A stretch of DNA of 64,000 nucleotides, from the NCBI GenBank assembly GCA_963761895.1, contig CAVXIL010000002.1, forward strand, positions 112,082-176,081, in the 5' to 3' direction. Below, one piece after another: positions 1 through 8,727 of this stretch (within the stretch, counting starts at the first letter, position 1; every line of letters starts with the position of its first letter). The notes under the pieces are model-generated. The model worked only from the letters and a program-made list of their open reading frames with translations, had not been told where the DNA came from and searched no databases. Source of the stretch: an uncultured Alphaproteobacteria bacterium (lineage in GTDB: Bacteria > Pseudomonadota > Alphaproteobacteria > Rhizobiales > Xanthobacteraceae). Position numbers and translations under genes: made by a program.

Positions 1-834
1 GGCTCCGATGTCTCGATACGGTCAGAGACCATCAATCTTCTGGCCGATTGGACAGGCTATTCGTCCGCCATCCTGATCAGGCAGCAGGCACTCTTGACCT
101 TCATCGAGCATAAGGCAGAGCTGCGCGGATCGGACGCCAAACTGATGCTGGAGAAGGGGTTCACGTCGCTTGAGTTGGTAGCCAGCATTGACCGCCACGA
201 TCCCGAACTGGGCGAAGCTTCACTGGATGAGGTGCTCAATGATAAGATCGGCGTCGCCGGTTTGCGCTCTCGGCTGGCCGATCTAGTTCGACAAAAGCGA
301 ACTTCGGGAGCCGACGATCGCGACGTGCTTTCGGCGGAACGTCATGAGCGCCATCGGCGCGTTCGGGAAACGTTGGAGAAAGAGTTTCCAGGGCTGGAGA
401 GTCTTCAGCCGTTCTGGCGTTACGGATCCTTGGGTGGGCCGCCGGTATGCCGCTTTAGCTGGTGCCGTCGCTTCGAGGGGCGTGAACAGCCGGGGGGGTT
501 TGATGCATTCGACGTGCTTTACGTTCCAACGGGAATGTCGGCAAAGAGACTTGACGACCGGATAGCCCGCAGCCTGACGTCTGCCCATTTTTTTCGTCGG
601 TTCTGGATAACGTTGGCGGAGCCCACCCCAATGCTGAGTCGTATAGAGGCCGCCGCAGCTTGGCTAGGGCAGACCAACATCGGAATTCTGCAGTTGCTGA
701 ATGACGGTCGTCTCGATCGTTCACGCGATGCGAAGCCGGCAACTCATGGTCGGCTGACCAAGGCGTTCGAATCGGCGGTCGAGGGTTCACGGGTCGCAAG
801 CGATCCAACATCCAGACGGTCCGCACTAAAATAG
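1..834 (+). CDS. hypothetical protein, 3' part (reading frame open to the left window edge)
   Basis: Frame 1 has no stop from base 1 to TAG 832-834; the ORF track starts at TTG 94 only because the 5' end is off-window. No family recognised. Confidence 0.5.
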   Translation, partial: GSDVSIRSETINLLADWTGYSSAILIRQQALLTFIEHKAELRGSDAKLMLEKGFTSLELVASIDRHDPELGEASLDEVLNDKIGVAGLRSRLADLVRQKRTSGADDRDVLSAERHERHRRVRETLEKEFPGLESLQPFWRYGSLGGPPVCRFSWCRRFEGREQPGGFDAFDVLYVPTGMSAKRLDDRIARSLTSAHFFRRFWITLAEPTPMLSRIEAAAAWLGQTNIGILQLLNDGRLDRSRDAKPATHGRLTKAFESAVEGSRVASDPTSRRSALK

Positions 835-1396
835 CGGTAGCTGTCCGCGCATTTTACCGGTTTAGCGGTCGGCGCCGACGTCGCCTAACTTACCATGGAT
901 GAGCTGGCTCTTTCGTTATTCGTATTCGGCAGCCAACATCTCATTCAGTTTCGCGTGCGGTCCGGAGACGGTTCTCCCGTTGGCTGCTGATGGATGATAA
1001 CTCGGCCGTCCGTATGAACTGAAACAACTCCGATGGAGTCAGCCTCCAGCCGTTTAGTTAGCAGCAGGGCGCGCTGGAAATGAACATCGGGCGAGTCGGT
1101 TGAGGAAACGGTGTTGTCGGTTTCACACCCAATATGCGGGGTTTCCGGACCGGCCGGCCGCTTGATGTCGATGTGGGCGTGCCGTCTCGTGCCGCCTCGT
1201 TCCCGCACATGACGTCGTTACCAATCCAATTCGGAACTCAATCCAATTCGACGTCCCGTGGTGCCGTTGCCTGGTTAACAAATCTTGGCAATCGGATTTC
1301 AACGCGCGGGGCGGGGGCGACGGCGGCGTGCTCGAAGCCTCTCGTCGCCATCGCCGTAGACTCGATGCGACTTCTTCAGCAGTTGGACCAGGTCGT

Positions 1397-1942
1397 TCAT
1401 CGGAGGCTGGCGGCGCCGAAACGGTAGATCACGCCGGCCGTCGGTCTGGCTCCGACGAGATAGAAGGCTAGGTCACTACCGGGATTCTGGTCCCTGATGA
1501 AGGCCTCGAACGAGGCTCGGAGATCGCCGGGCTTGATGCTCATCTCCATCCCGGCCCTAGACGCGGCTTTCCCGATCTCGGCCCTCAGCTTCGGCCTCTC
1601 CGGAACGTCGAAAAACCGGCACTCTGGAGTTGGCGGTTGGGGAGGGGCCGCTAAGTATTGGCCGACGACGCATCGTGCCGCCGGCGAGACCGGAATCGTC
1701 CGCGGCAGTATCTGATGCGCGCGTCTTCCCTGTTCGACGCGGAAACCGTCAATGACGACCTTCGACAACCCGTTCGGGCACCATTGCAATCTCCTGATGG
1801 CCAATACCTCCGGAAAACAAAGGCCGGAGCAATATGCCAGTGCCGCTGCTGCGCGGACCCTATAGGCAAGGAAGTCGGGAAGGCCGTCCTGTTCATAATT
1901 CTCGACTCTGACAAGCTGATAAAACTCTTCCGCAGATATCAT
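1397..1942 (-). pseudogene. tyrosine-recombinase (phage integrase) catalytic-domain remnant, probably inactive
   Basis: The 181-aa ORF resembles an integrase C-terminal domain (AYCSGLCFPEVLAIRRLQW ~ box I; GDLRASFEAFI ~ HxLRHxF box II; AFYLVG ~ Tyr region). The box I Arg is Cys, both His are replaced, and there is no N-terminal domain. Confidence 0.45.
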
Positions 1943-2438
1943 CGAACGCGCTCCGTCGAGCGGCGATCATCAGACGAATTGAATTAATTCATCGCAAACA
2001 TCGGGATCGCGCCAAACGAGCACCTTCAGACCGTTGACGTCCGGTCGATACTTTCTATCGCGGCATCGTTACGCAAATTCATTTCAGGATCGTGGTTCAG
2101 ACCTGATTGCGATCGCGTGCACCCCAGCCGCTTGGTTAACCAAAGGCGTCCTTCGCCGAAAATGATCGGTCACGCAATGCAACGCGGGGGTTCGTTTAAA
2201 TATGCTGTTCTGGCTCATGCGAAACGGTTAATCGCCAAGTGCTCACCGCTAAATTCCCGAACCAAACCGACGTTGAGCCAATCCTGGCCAACGAGACAAT
2301 CGCAACGAAGTGCTGGATACTGTTGTGCATGGACCGGCGCGATCTGAGCGATGCGCGTTTGATCCAGTGATCACACAGTGAGAGCGTTGGTGAACTTCGC
2401 TGGCGTCGGTTGCGGGATCGTCCGGTGATCCGACTGGG

Positions 2439-3475
2439 ATGGAAATATTTAGAGATCGTGACATGCTTGAAGTACGGGCCGAAGCGGCTTTGATGGCGAA
2501 CCCTGCGAAGTCGCCGGCGTGGACGGCCGAGGCGGCCTTGTCGCTCTACCGACGGCCGTTCAACGATCTGCTGTTCGAAGCGCATTCCATTCATCGGCGG
2601 CATTTCGATCCCAATCGCGTGCAGTTGAGCAAACTCCTCAACAACAAGACCGGTGGCTGCCCCCGAGGATTGCGGCTATTGCAGCAAGTTATCGCATCAT
2701 GCGACCGGCCTTGCGGCCTCGAAACTGGTAGACGTCGAAACGATCGTCGCCGAGGCGTGCAAGGCCAAAGACAGTGGTGCGACGCGCTACTGCATGGGCG
2801 CCGCGTGGCGGAATCCGAAGCCGCGCGACATGGATGCCATCCTGGAAATCGTTCGTCGCGTGAAGGCGCTTGGAGTGGAGACGTGCATGACGCTCGGCAT
2901 CTGGATCGCAATCAATCGGACCAACTCGCCAAGGCGGGGCTCGATTATTACAATCACAACATCGATACGTCGGAGCACTTTATCCGAGCGTCACCTCGAC
3001 GCGCAGTTTTTCCGACCGTCTTGAAACGCTCGAAAATGTCGGGCAATCCGGCATGAAAGTGTGCTGCGGCGGCATCCTTGGTATGGATGAGAACGAGAAC
3101 GACGGCGTCGACATGCTGGTCACGCTGGCGAATCTGGCGGAACAACCGGAAAGCGTTCCGATTACATGCTCATTCCGATCGCCGGCACGCCGCTTGCTAA
3201 GTCGGAGCGGACCGAACCTATCGATTTCATCCGTATCGTCGCGCTGGCACGCATCATGATGCCCAAATCATACGTTCGCCTGTCCGCGGGCCGATCGGCC
3301 ATGACCGATGAGATGCAGGCGGTTTGCTTCTTTGCGGGAGCGATTTCGATTTTCGTCGGCAACACCTTGTTGACCGCCGAAAATCCGGGACACGAAGCCG
3401 ATCGGAAAACTGTTCCACCGGCTGGGAGGCGTAGTTGCTAGGCTTCCAACACGGCCTCCAGACGGCCTTACCTAG
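2439..3475 (+). pseudogene. bioB: biotin synthase (radical SAM) pseudogene, about 5 single-base indels
   Basis: BioB-like peptide is spread over ORFs 2439.., 2653.., 3053.., 3166.. (KTGGCP|[61 protein letters not shown]). Frame switches occur near 2660-2664, 2900/2901, 2979-2981, 3164/3165 and 3406-3409. Confidence 0.85.
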
Positions 3476-3748
3476 CCGTTTTGGAGGACCATACGCAGGA
3501 TCCCAGCCGCGACCTGCTGTAGGCCGCCCGGAGCGTGCCAATTATGCCCAATCAGGGGGAAAGAGAATTGGCCCGGACTGCGTGGGAGCATAGGGTGCAA
3601 GTTTGCTGCATTTGAACTTAGAACGAAACATGTCCTCGCGTGTCAGAAACGTGACAGAATAGGTGCGTTCTCCTGCATCGTTCTGCATTTAGTCCAAGCT
3701 TCGCGAAAAGGCCGATAGCGAAAAACCCCAGATTTCATTGGGATAAAA

Positions 3749-3823
3749 TGGTGCTGCCAGACAGGATTGAACTGTCGACCTCTCCATTACCAATGGAGTG
3801 CTCTACCACTGAGCTACGGCAGC
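3749..3823 (-). tRNA. tRNA-Thr (anticodon GGU)
   Basis: The reverse complement reads GCTGCCGTAGCTCAGTGGTAGAGCACTCCATTGGTAATGGAGAGGTCGACAGTTCAATCCTGTCTGGCAGCACCA. It folds as a cloverleaf with anticodon loop TTGGTAA and an encoded CCA. Confidence 0.93.
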
Positions 3824-3942
3824 GTGCCACGGATACGGGAATCAGCCAAAAGGGCCCCCGCAAGGCGCGCCGATCCTTGCCACAAGGTCCTCTGACGCGC
3901 AAGCGCGCGGGCGGCCCGAGAGACCGCCAAAATGGGCCACAA

Positions 3943-4389
3943 TCAGCCCAAAACGCCTGCGGCCCGCTTGAACTGGCTCAGCTGCGGGCCGATCCGGTTC
4001 CCCATTTCCTCGCCCAGCGCAGCCAGCGCCTTGATGGGACGGACCATGACCTCGAATTCGACCATTTCGCCGGCGTCGTTGAATTTGATGAGATCGATGC
4101 CCTTGAGCTGCCATTTGCCGATATTGGCGGAAAATTCCAGCGCGGCGTCGTGGGAACCGGCGATAAAGCTGCGGTGATAGCGAAAATTCTCGAAAATCTG
4201 CACTACCGTCGTCAGCACCAGCAGCGTCGCAGGTCGTCCCGGGATCGGCGATTGCACGAACGGCGATCGGAACACAATATGCTCCGACAGCAGGGAGGCC
4301 AGCAGATCGCGGTCGCCTGAGGCGACAAAGCGATGCCAGCCGTCCAGGGTTCGTTGTGGCAACGGCGCCAGTTCGTGAATTTCGCCCAT
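3943..4389 (-). CDS. NTF2/SnoaL-like fold protein
   Basis: Intact 148-aa ORF with size and hydrophobic pattern (WHRFVASGDRDLLASLL...FRSP...) typical of SnoaL/NTF2-like small proteins. Confidence 0.65.
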   Translation of the reverse strand: MGEIHELAPLPQRTLDGWHRFVASGDRDLLASLLSEHIVFRSPFVQSPIPGRPATLLVLTTVVQIFENFRYHRSFIAGSHDAALEFSANIGKWQLKGIDLIKFNDAGEMVEFEVMVRPIKALAALGEEMGNRIGPQLSQFKRAAGVLG

Positions 4390-4445
4390 CTGGTTATTCT
4401 CCGGGTCAAGCCATTCTGTGAGCGACAGATTTGAACAGGTTCACG

Positions 4446-4670
4446 ATGCAGGATGACAAGCCTAAACGCGAGGGGCAAACCGCGATGCCCGCGAAAAGCC
4501 GAGAAAAAGATCCAAAGAAGGATCCAAGACAGGATCGGCTGAAAATGGCGTTGCGCGAAAATCTCAAGCGGCGGAAATCGCAGGCGAAGGGCAGAGGCGA
4601 TCTCGCGATCGCACCTTCCAATGGCGATGACACCACCCCACATGACGACAGCGGAAAAAAGCCGGGCTGA
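4446..4670 (+). CDS. small basic hypothetical protein
   Basis: Lys/Arg/Asp-rich ORF with an LRENLKRRK motif, which I recall from DUF4169-type small proteins. Its TGA overlaps the ATG of the next gene (TGATG at 4668-4672). The start could be TTG 4431 or ATG 4446. Confidence 0.45.
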   Translation: MQDDKPKREGQTAMPAKSREKDPKKDPRQDRLKMALRENLKRRKSQAKGRGDLAIAPSNGDDTTPHDDSGKKPG

Positions 4671-6397
4671 TGGTTGGGACGGTGATGGGCGCAGACGCAA
4701 CGACAGTCGATACGGCTGGCAACGCTCCGCCGGGGCAGGCGTTTCCACGCCGTGCGCAGACGTTTCCGGAGCTGACGACGCAAGAGATCACGCGCATGCG
4801 CGGGTTCGGCGACATCAGAACTTACAGGGACGGGGAGAAACTGTTCGAGACCGGCAAGCCAGGGCCGGGCATGTTCGTCATATTGTCCGGCCATGTCGCG
4901 ATCACCCAGCGCGACGGCCTCGGTCACGTCACGCCCGTGATCAATCAGGGGCCCGGTCAATTTCTCGCCGAAATCGGTCAGCTCTCCGGCCGCGTCGCGC
5001 TGGTCGATGGCCGGGCCGAGGGCGACGTCGAAACGCTGCTGATTCCTCCGGAGCGGTTGCGCGCGCTCCTGGTCGCCGAAGCCGATCTCGGCGAGCGCAT
5101 CATGCGCGCGCTGATCCTGCGCCGGGTCAGCCTGATCCAGGCCGGCGCCGGCGGCCCGGTGCTGATCGGGCCGTCGGATTCGAGCGGGGTCATTCGCCTG
5201 CAGGGATTTCTGACCCGCAACGGGTTTCCGCATCATCTGCTCGATCCGGCCACCGATCACGATGCCGCCGAACTGATCGCGCGCTATTCGCCGTCGCCGA
5301 CCGATTGGCCGCTGGTGGTGACCGCCGCCGGCACGGTGCTGCGCAATCCCGGCGAAACCGAACTCGCCCGCGCGCTTGGCATGATCGGCGGCAGCACCGG
5401 CGACAAAATCTACGATGTTGCGATCGTCGGCTGCGGTCCGGCGGGCCTTGCGACCGCGGTGTACGCGGCCTCGGAAGGTCTGTCGGTGGTCGTGACCGAT
5501 GCGCGCTCCTATGGCGGGCAGGCCGGCGCCAGCGCCCGTATCGAGAACTATCTCGGCTTCCCCACGGGAATCGCGGGCCAGGCGCTCGCGGGCCGCGCCT
5601 TCAGCCAGGCGCAGAAGTTCGGTGCCGACATCATCATTCCGACCGCGGTGAAGTCGCTCGATTGCTCGCGTACCGACGGCGCCTTTGCGCTGGCGCTCGA
5701 TGGCGGCGAGACATTGCGCGCCAAATCGGTGGTCGTGGCGAGCGGCGCGCGCTATCGGCGGCCCGAGATCGAAAACCTCGATAAATTCGAAGGCCGCGGC
5801 GTCTGGTATTGGGCGTCGCCGATCGAGGCCCGGCTGTGCGCGAAGCAGGATATCGGGCTTGTCGGCGGCGGCAATTCCGCGGGCCAGGCCGCGGTGTTTC
5901 TGTCCGGCCACGCCAGGAAGGTTCACATGGTGATCCGGGGCGGCGGCCTCGGCGCCAGCATGTCGCGCTATCTGATCGAGCGCATCGAGGCGACGCCGAA
6001 CATCGAATTGATGTTCAACACCGAGGTGGTCGCGCTTGAAGGCACCGAAGGTGTATCGCTTGAGCGCGTGCGCTGGCGCAGCCGGTTGTCCGGTGAAGAG
6101 GATTCCGCCGCCATCCGCAACCTGTTCCTGTTCGCCGGCGCCGAACCCGCCACCGGCTGGCTCGACGGCTGCGGCGTCACGCTCGATCGCGGAGGTTTCG
6201 TGGTGACCGGCGCGCAGTCCGAGCAGAACCTGGGACGCCCGGTGACGCCGCTGGAAACCTCGGTGCCCGGTGTATTTGCCGTCGGCGATGTGCGCTCGGG
6301 CTCGGTCAAGCGGGTCGGCGGGGCGATCGGCGAGGGCGCGCAGGTGGTGGCGGCGCTGCACGCATTTCTAGGCGACACGGCTAAACCAGCGCTTTAG
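4670..6397 (+). CDS. cyclic-nucleotide-binding domain fused to thioredoxin-reductase-like FAD/NAD(P) oxidoreductase
   Basis: 575 aa. The N-terminus has a CAP-effector-like block (GEKLFETGKPGPGMFVILSGHVAI...GQFLAEIGQLSG). It is followed by Rossmann motifs VAIVGCGPAGLATAVYAA and IGLVGGGNSAGQAAVFL and a C-terminal GVFAVGDVR. Confidence 0.85.
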   Translation: MVGTVMGADATTVDTAGNAPPGQAFPRRAQTFPELTTQEITRMRGFGDIRTYRDGEKLFETGKPGPGMFVILSGHVAITQRDGLGHVTPVINQGPGQFLAEIGQLSGRVALVDGRAEGDVETLLIPPERLRALLVAEADLGERIMRALILRRVSLIQAGAGGPVLIGPSDSSGVIRLQGFLTRNGFPHHLLDPATDHDAAELIARYSPSPTDWPLVVTAAGTVLRNPGETELARALGMIGGSTGDKIYDVAIVGCGPAGLATAVYAASEGLSVVVTDARSYGGQAGASARIENYLGFPTGIAGQALAGRAFSQAQKFGADIIIPTAVKSLDCSRTDGAFALALDGGETLRAKSVVVASGARYRRPEIENLDKFEGRGVWYWASPIEARLCAKQDIGLVGGGNSAGQAAVFLSGHARKVHMVIRGGGLGASMSRYLIERIEATPNIELMFNTEVVALEGTEGVSLERVRWRSRLSGEEDSAAIRNLFLFAGAEPATGWLDGCGVTLDRGGFVVTGAQSEQNLGRPVTPLETSVPGVFAVGDVRSGSVKRVGGAIGEGAQVVAALHAFLGDTAKPAL

Positions 6398-6441
6398 AAC
6401 TGGTTGCCGTTATCATCGTGCTACTCAAAGGGAGAAACGCA

Positions 6442-6750
6442 ATGGCTGAAGTCGTAGTGATGTACAAGACGCCGAAGGATCCTGCCGCTTTCGACAAATA
6501 TTATGCCGAGACCCACATCCCGCTAGCCAAAAAAATGCCGGGTCTGCGAAAATTTCAGGTCAGCCAGGGCGCCGTCGCCACGCCTGCCGGACCGTCTGCC
6601 TTTCATCTGATCGCGATACTGACCTTCGACAACATGGCTGCGATCCAGAAAGCCTTCGGGAGCGCCGAGGGCCAGGCCGCGGCGGGAGACGTGCCAAAAT
6701 TCGCGAGCGGTGGCGCCGATATGCTGCTGTTCGATACCCGCGAGGTGTGA
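6442..6750 (+). CDS. EthD family reductase-like protein
   Basis: The 102-aa ORF (MAEVVVMYKTPKDPAAFDKYYAETHIPLAKKMPGL...) matches the EthD/TIGR02118 pattern. RBS GGGAGA lies at 6430-6435. Confidence 0.8.
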   Translation: MAEVVVMYKTPKDPAAFDKYYAETHIPLAKKMPGLRKFQVSQGAVATPAGPSAFHLIAILTFDNMAAIQKAFGSAEGQAAAGDVPKFASGGADMLLFDTREV

Positions 6751-6757
6751 GCCTGAT

Positions 6758-7066
6758 ATGGCAAAAGGCTGCACTCACATTGCGGGTATCCGCGATGTCA
6801 CACCGAGCGCGCTCGGCTGCGAGGAATGCCTGAAGATCGGGAGCGAGTGGCTGCATTTGCGGATCTGCCGCACGTGCGGCCACGTCGGCTGCTGCGACAA
6901 TTCTCCCAACAAGCACGCGACCAAACATTTCCACGCCACCCGGCATCCGATCATCGAGGGCTATGATCCGCCGGAAGGATGGGGCTGGTGTTATGTCGAC
7001 GAGGTCCTGTTCGATCTGTCGGACCGAAAGACACCGCATAACGGTCCGATCCCGCGCTATTATTGA
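6758..7066 (+). CDS. UBP-type zinc-finger protein
   Basis: The Cys/His pattern CEEC...LRICRTCGHVGCCDNSPNKHATKHFHATRHP is typical of the zf-UBP domain. The ATG at 6758 follows the EthD stop. Confidence 0.8.
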   Translation: MAKGCTHIAGIRDVTPSALGCEECLKIGSEWLHLRICRTCGHVGCCDNSPNKHATKHFHATRHPIIEGYDPPEGWGWCYVDEVLFDLSDRKTPHNGPIPRYY

Positions 7067-7095
7067 ATCCGGTTTTCAATTCGGAAGGATATTTG

Positions 7096-7930
7096 ATGCA
7101 GCCGCAGGGCAAATTCGCCGAAGGTCAATGGGGTCAGGCTGCATTACCTGGTCGCCGGTGCGGGCGATCCGATCGTGCTGCTGCACGGTTTTGCCGAAAC
7201 CAGCCACATGTGGCTGCCGCTGATCGCAAAACTCTCCGACAAGCACACCGTGATCGCGCCTGACCTGCGCGGCTTCGGTCAATCGTCCGCGCCCGCGGAC
7301 GGTTACACCAAGGCGGCGATGGCGCAGGACATCCACGCGCTGGTGAAGAGCCTCGACTACGACCGCATCCGGCTGGTCGGTCACATATCGGGCTGATGGT
7401 CGCCTACGCCTATACGGCGCAATACCCCGGCGAAAATCGACCGGCTGGTGCTGATGGAAGCATTCCTGCCCGGCATCGGCGACTGGAATAGCGTATTTCT
7501 GCTGCGCGATCTCTGGCATTTCCATTTCTATGGCAAGACGCCGCTGGCGCTGGTCAGCGGCCGCGAGCGCATCTATCTCGAACATTTCTGGAATGATTTT
7601 GCCGCCGACCCCACCAAATCGGTCTCGGAAGCCGACCGCCAGTTCTACGCCGGGGAATATGCCGAGCCCGGCCACATGGCTGCCGGGATGGAAGTTTTCA
7701 GCGCCTTCCCTGAGGACACCGAGGATTTTGCCGGCTTTGCAAAAACCAGGCTAACGATGCCGATGCTGGTGCTTTCAGCGGAAAGAGCCGGCGGTCCGTT
7801 CCTGATCGAGCAGGGCAGGATGGTGGCGACCGGCGTCGAGGGCGTGCTCGTCAAGGGGGCGGGTCACTGGCTGATGGAAGAGGCGTCGGATGAGGTGATG
7901 CCCAAACTGGTCGAATTTCTCAATCGCTAG
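7096..7930 (+). pseudogene. alpha/beta hydrolase (epoxide-hydrolase/dehalogenase-like), three frameshifts
   Basis: RBS GGAAGGA then ATG 7096. The peptide continues in another frame after an extra G at 7123 (FAE|VNGVRLHYLVAGAGDPIVLLHGFAETSHMW). GH|DIGLMVAYAYTAQYP is displaced between ~7385 and the C-run 7425-7428, then AKIDRLVLMEAF... runs to 7930. Confidence 0.8.
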
Positions 7931-7939
7931 CGCGCTTTG

Positions 7940-7972
7940 GAGCGAAGTGGGTACCGGTTCGCAAAACCACGC
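7940..7972. repeat. short repeat family F (AAGTGGGYACCGGTT core)
   Basis: Core GTGGGTACCGGTT lies at 7947-7959, 17 nt after the stop of the preceding + strand gene. Related copies sit at 13481 and 16055. Confidence 0.5.
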
Positions 7973-8079
7973 TGTTGACCTAACGCGGCACGCCTGAATT
8001 GCCGCGATACAACCGGTCCCTGTGGCAATTTCCCCAGCGGAGTCGTAGCATTTGCCCGTCTTAAAAGGGGGAGTGTGTC

Positions 8080-8592
8080 ATGATCCTGGGTATGAGCCTG
8101 GCTACCTTTACCATGGTGCATGTGATCATCAGCCTGATCGGTATCGCTTCAGGCATCATCGTCATGTTCGGATTGCTTGGCTCCAACCGGATGCCGGGCA
8201 TGACTGCGATATTCCTGCTCTTCACGATTCTCACCAGCGCCACCGGTTTTCTGATTCCGCCCTTGTTGACCGAGAAGCTGCTGCCGTCGCACATGGTCGG
8301 CATTCTCTCGCTGGTGCTGCTGGTGATTGCCTGTATCGCGCTCTACGCCATAAAGCTTTCCGGTCCGTGGCGGTGGATCTATGTGGTGACCGCGATGGCC
8401 TCGCTTTATCTCAACGTATTCGTTCTGGTGATCCAGAGTTTCCTCAAGATCCCGGCGTTGCACGCACTGGCGCCGAGCGTGCCGCCAAGCGAGCCGCCGT
8501 TCGCCGTCATCCAGGGCATCGTGCTGGTGTTCTTCATCATCGTGATCATCGGTGCGGTGAGACGATTTCGGCCGATGCCGACATTCGCCTGA
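8080..8592 (+). CDS. integral membrane protein, unknown function
   Basis: 170 aa with about 5 clear hydrophobic helices and an ATG start. No family recognised. Confidence 0.65.
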   Translation: MILGMSLATFTMVHVIISLIGIASGIIVMFGLLGSNRMPGMTAIFLLFTILTSATGFLIPPLLTEKLLPSHMVGILSLVLLVIACIALYAIKLSGPWRWIYVVTAMASLYLNVFVLVIQSFLKIPALHALAPSVPPSEPPFAVIQGIVLVFFIIVIIGAVRRFRPMPTFA

Positions 8593-8602
8593 TTTAGGTT
8601 TC

Positions 8603-8703
8603 GTCATTCCGGGGCGCCGTGAAGCGTCGAACTCGGGATCCAAGGATTCCCCGATGTGCAATGGCACATCTTGGGTTCGCGCTTACACGCGCCCCGGAAT
8701 GAC
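8603..8703. repeat. REP/MITE-like palindromic element, family A (GTCATTCCGGGGCG...CGCCCCGGAATGAC)
   Basis: 101-bp unit with inverted termini and central GATTCCCCGATGTGCAATGGCACATC. There are four copies in the window (8603, 11956, 23118, 24415). Confidence 0.85.
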
Positions 8704-8727
8704 AGCGTCGATAGAGGAGGCTTCGCC

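Noticed and set aside
2653-3441. Separate small ORFs 2653-3024, 3053-3259 and 3166-3441 as independent genes
   Set aside because: They are consecutive, colinear pieces of a single BioB sequence in shifted frames. They are annotated together as one pseudogene.
4406-6361. 651-aa ORF on the minus strand
   Set aside because: It lies exactly antisense to the recognised cNMP-binding/TrxR-like gene. The peptide is Arg/Ala/Gly/Pro-rich with no motifs, a typical high-GC shadow frame.
8149-8667. ORFs that begin or end inside REP elements (also 39191-39688, 47107-47856, 50358-50909, 26871-27470 upstream part)
   Set aside because: Their conserved-looking peptides are translations of palindromic repeats. 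The same strings recur wherever the repeat recurs, in any context.
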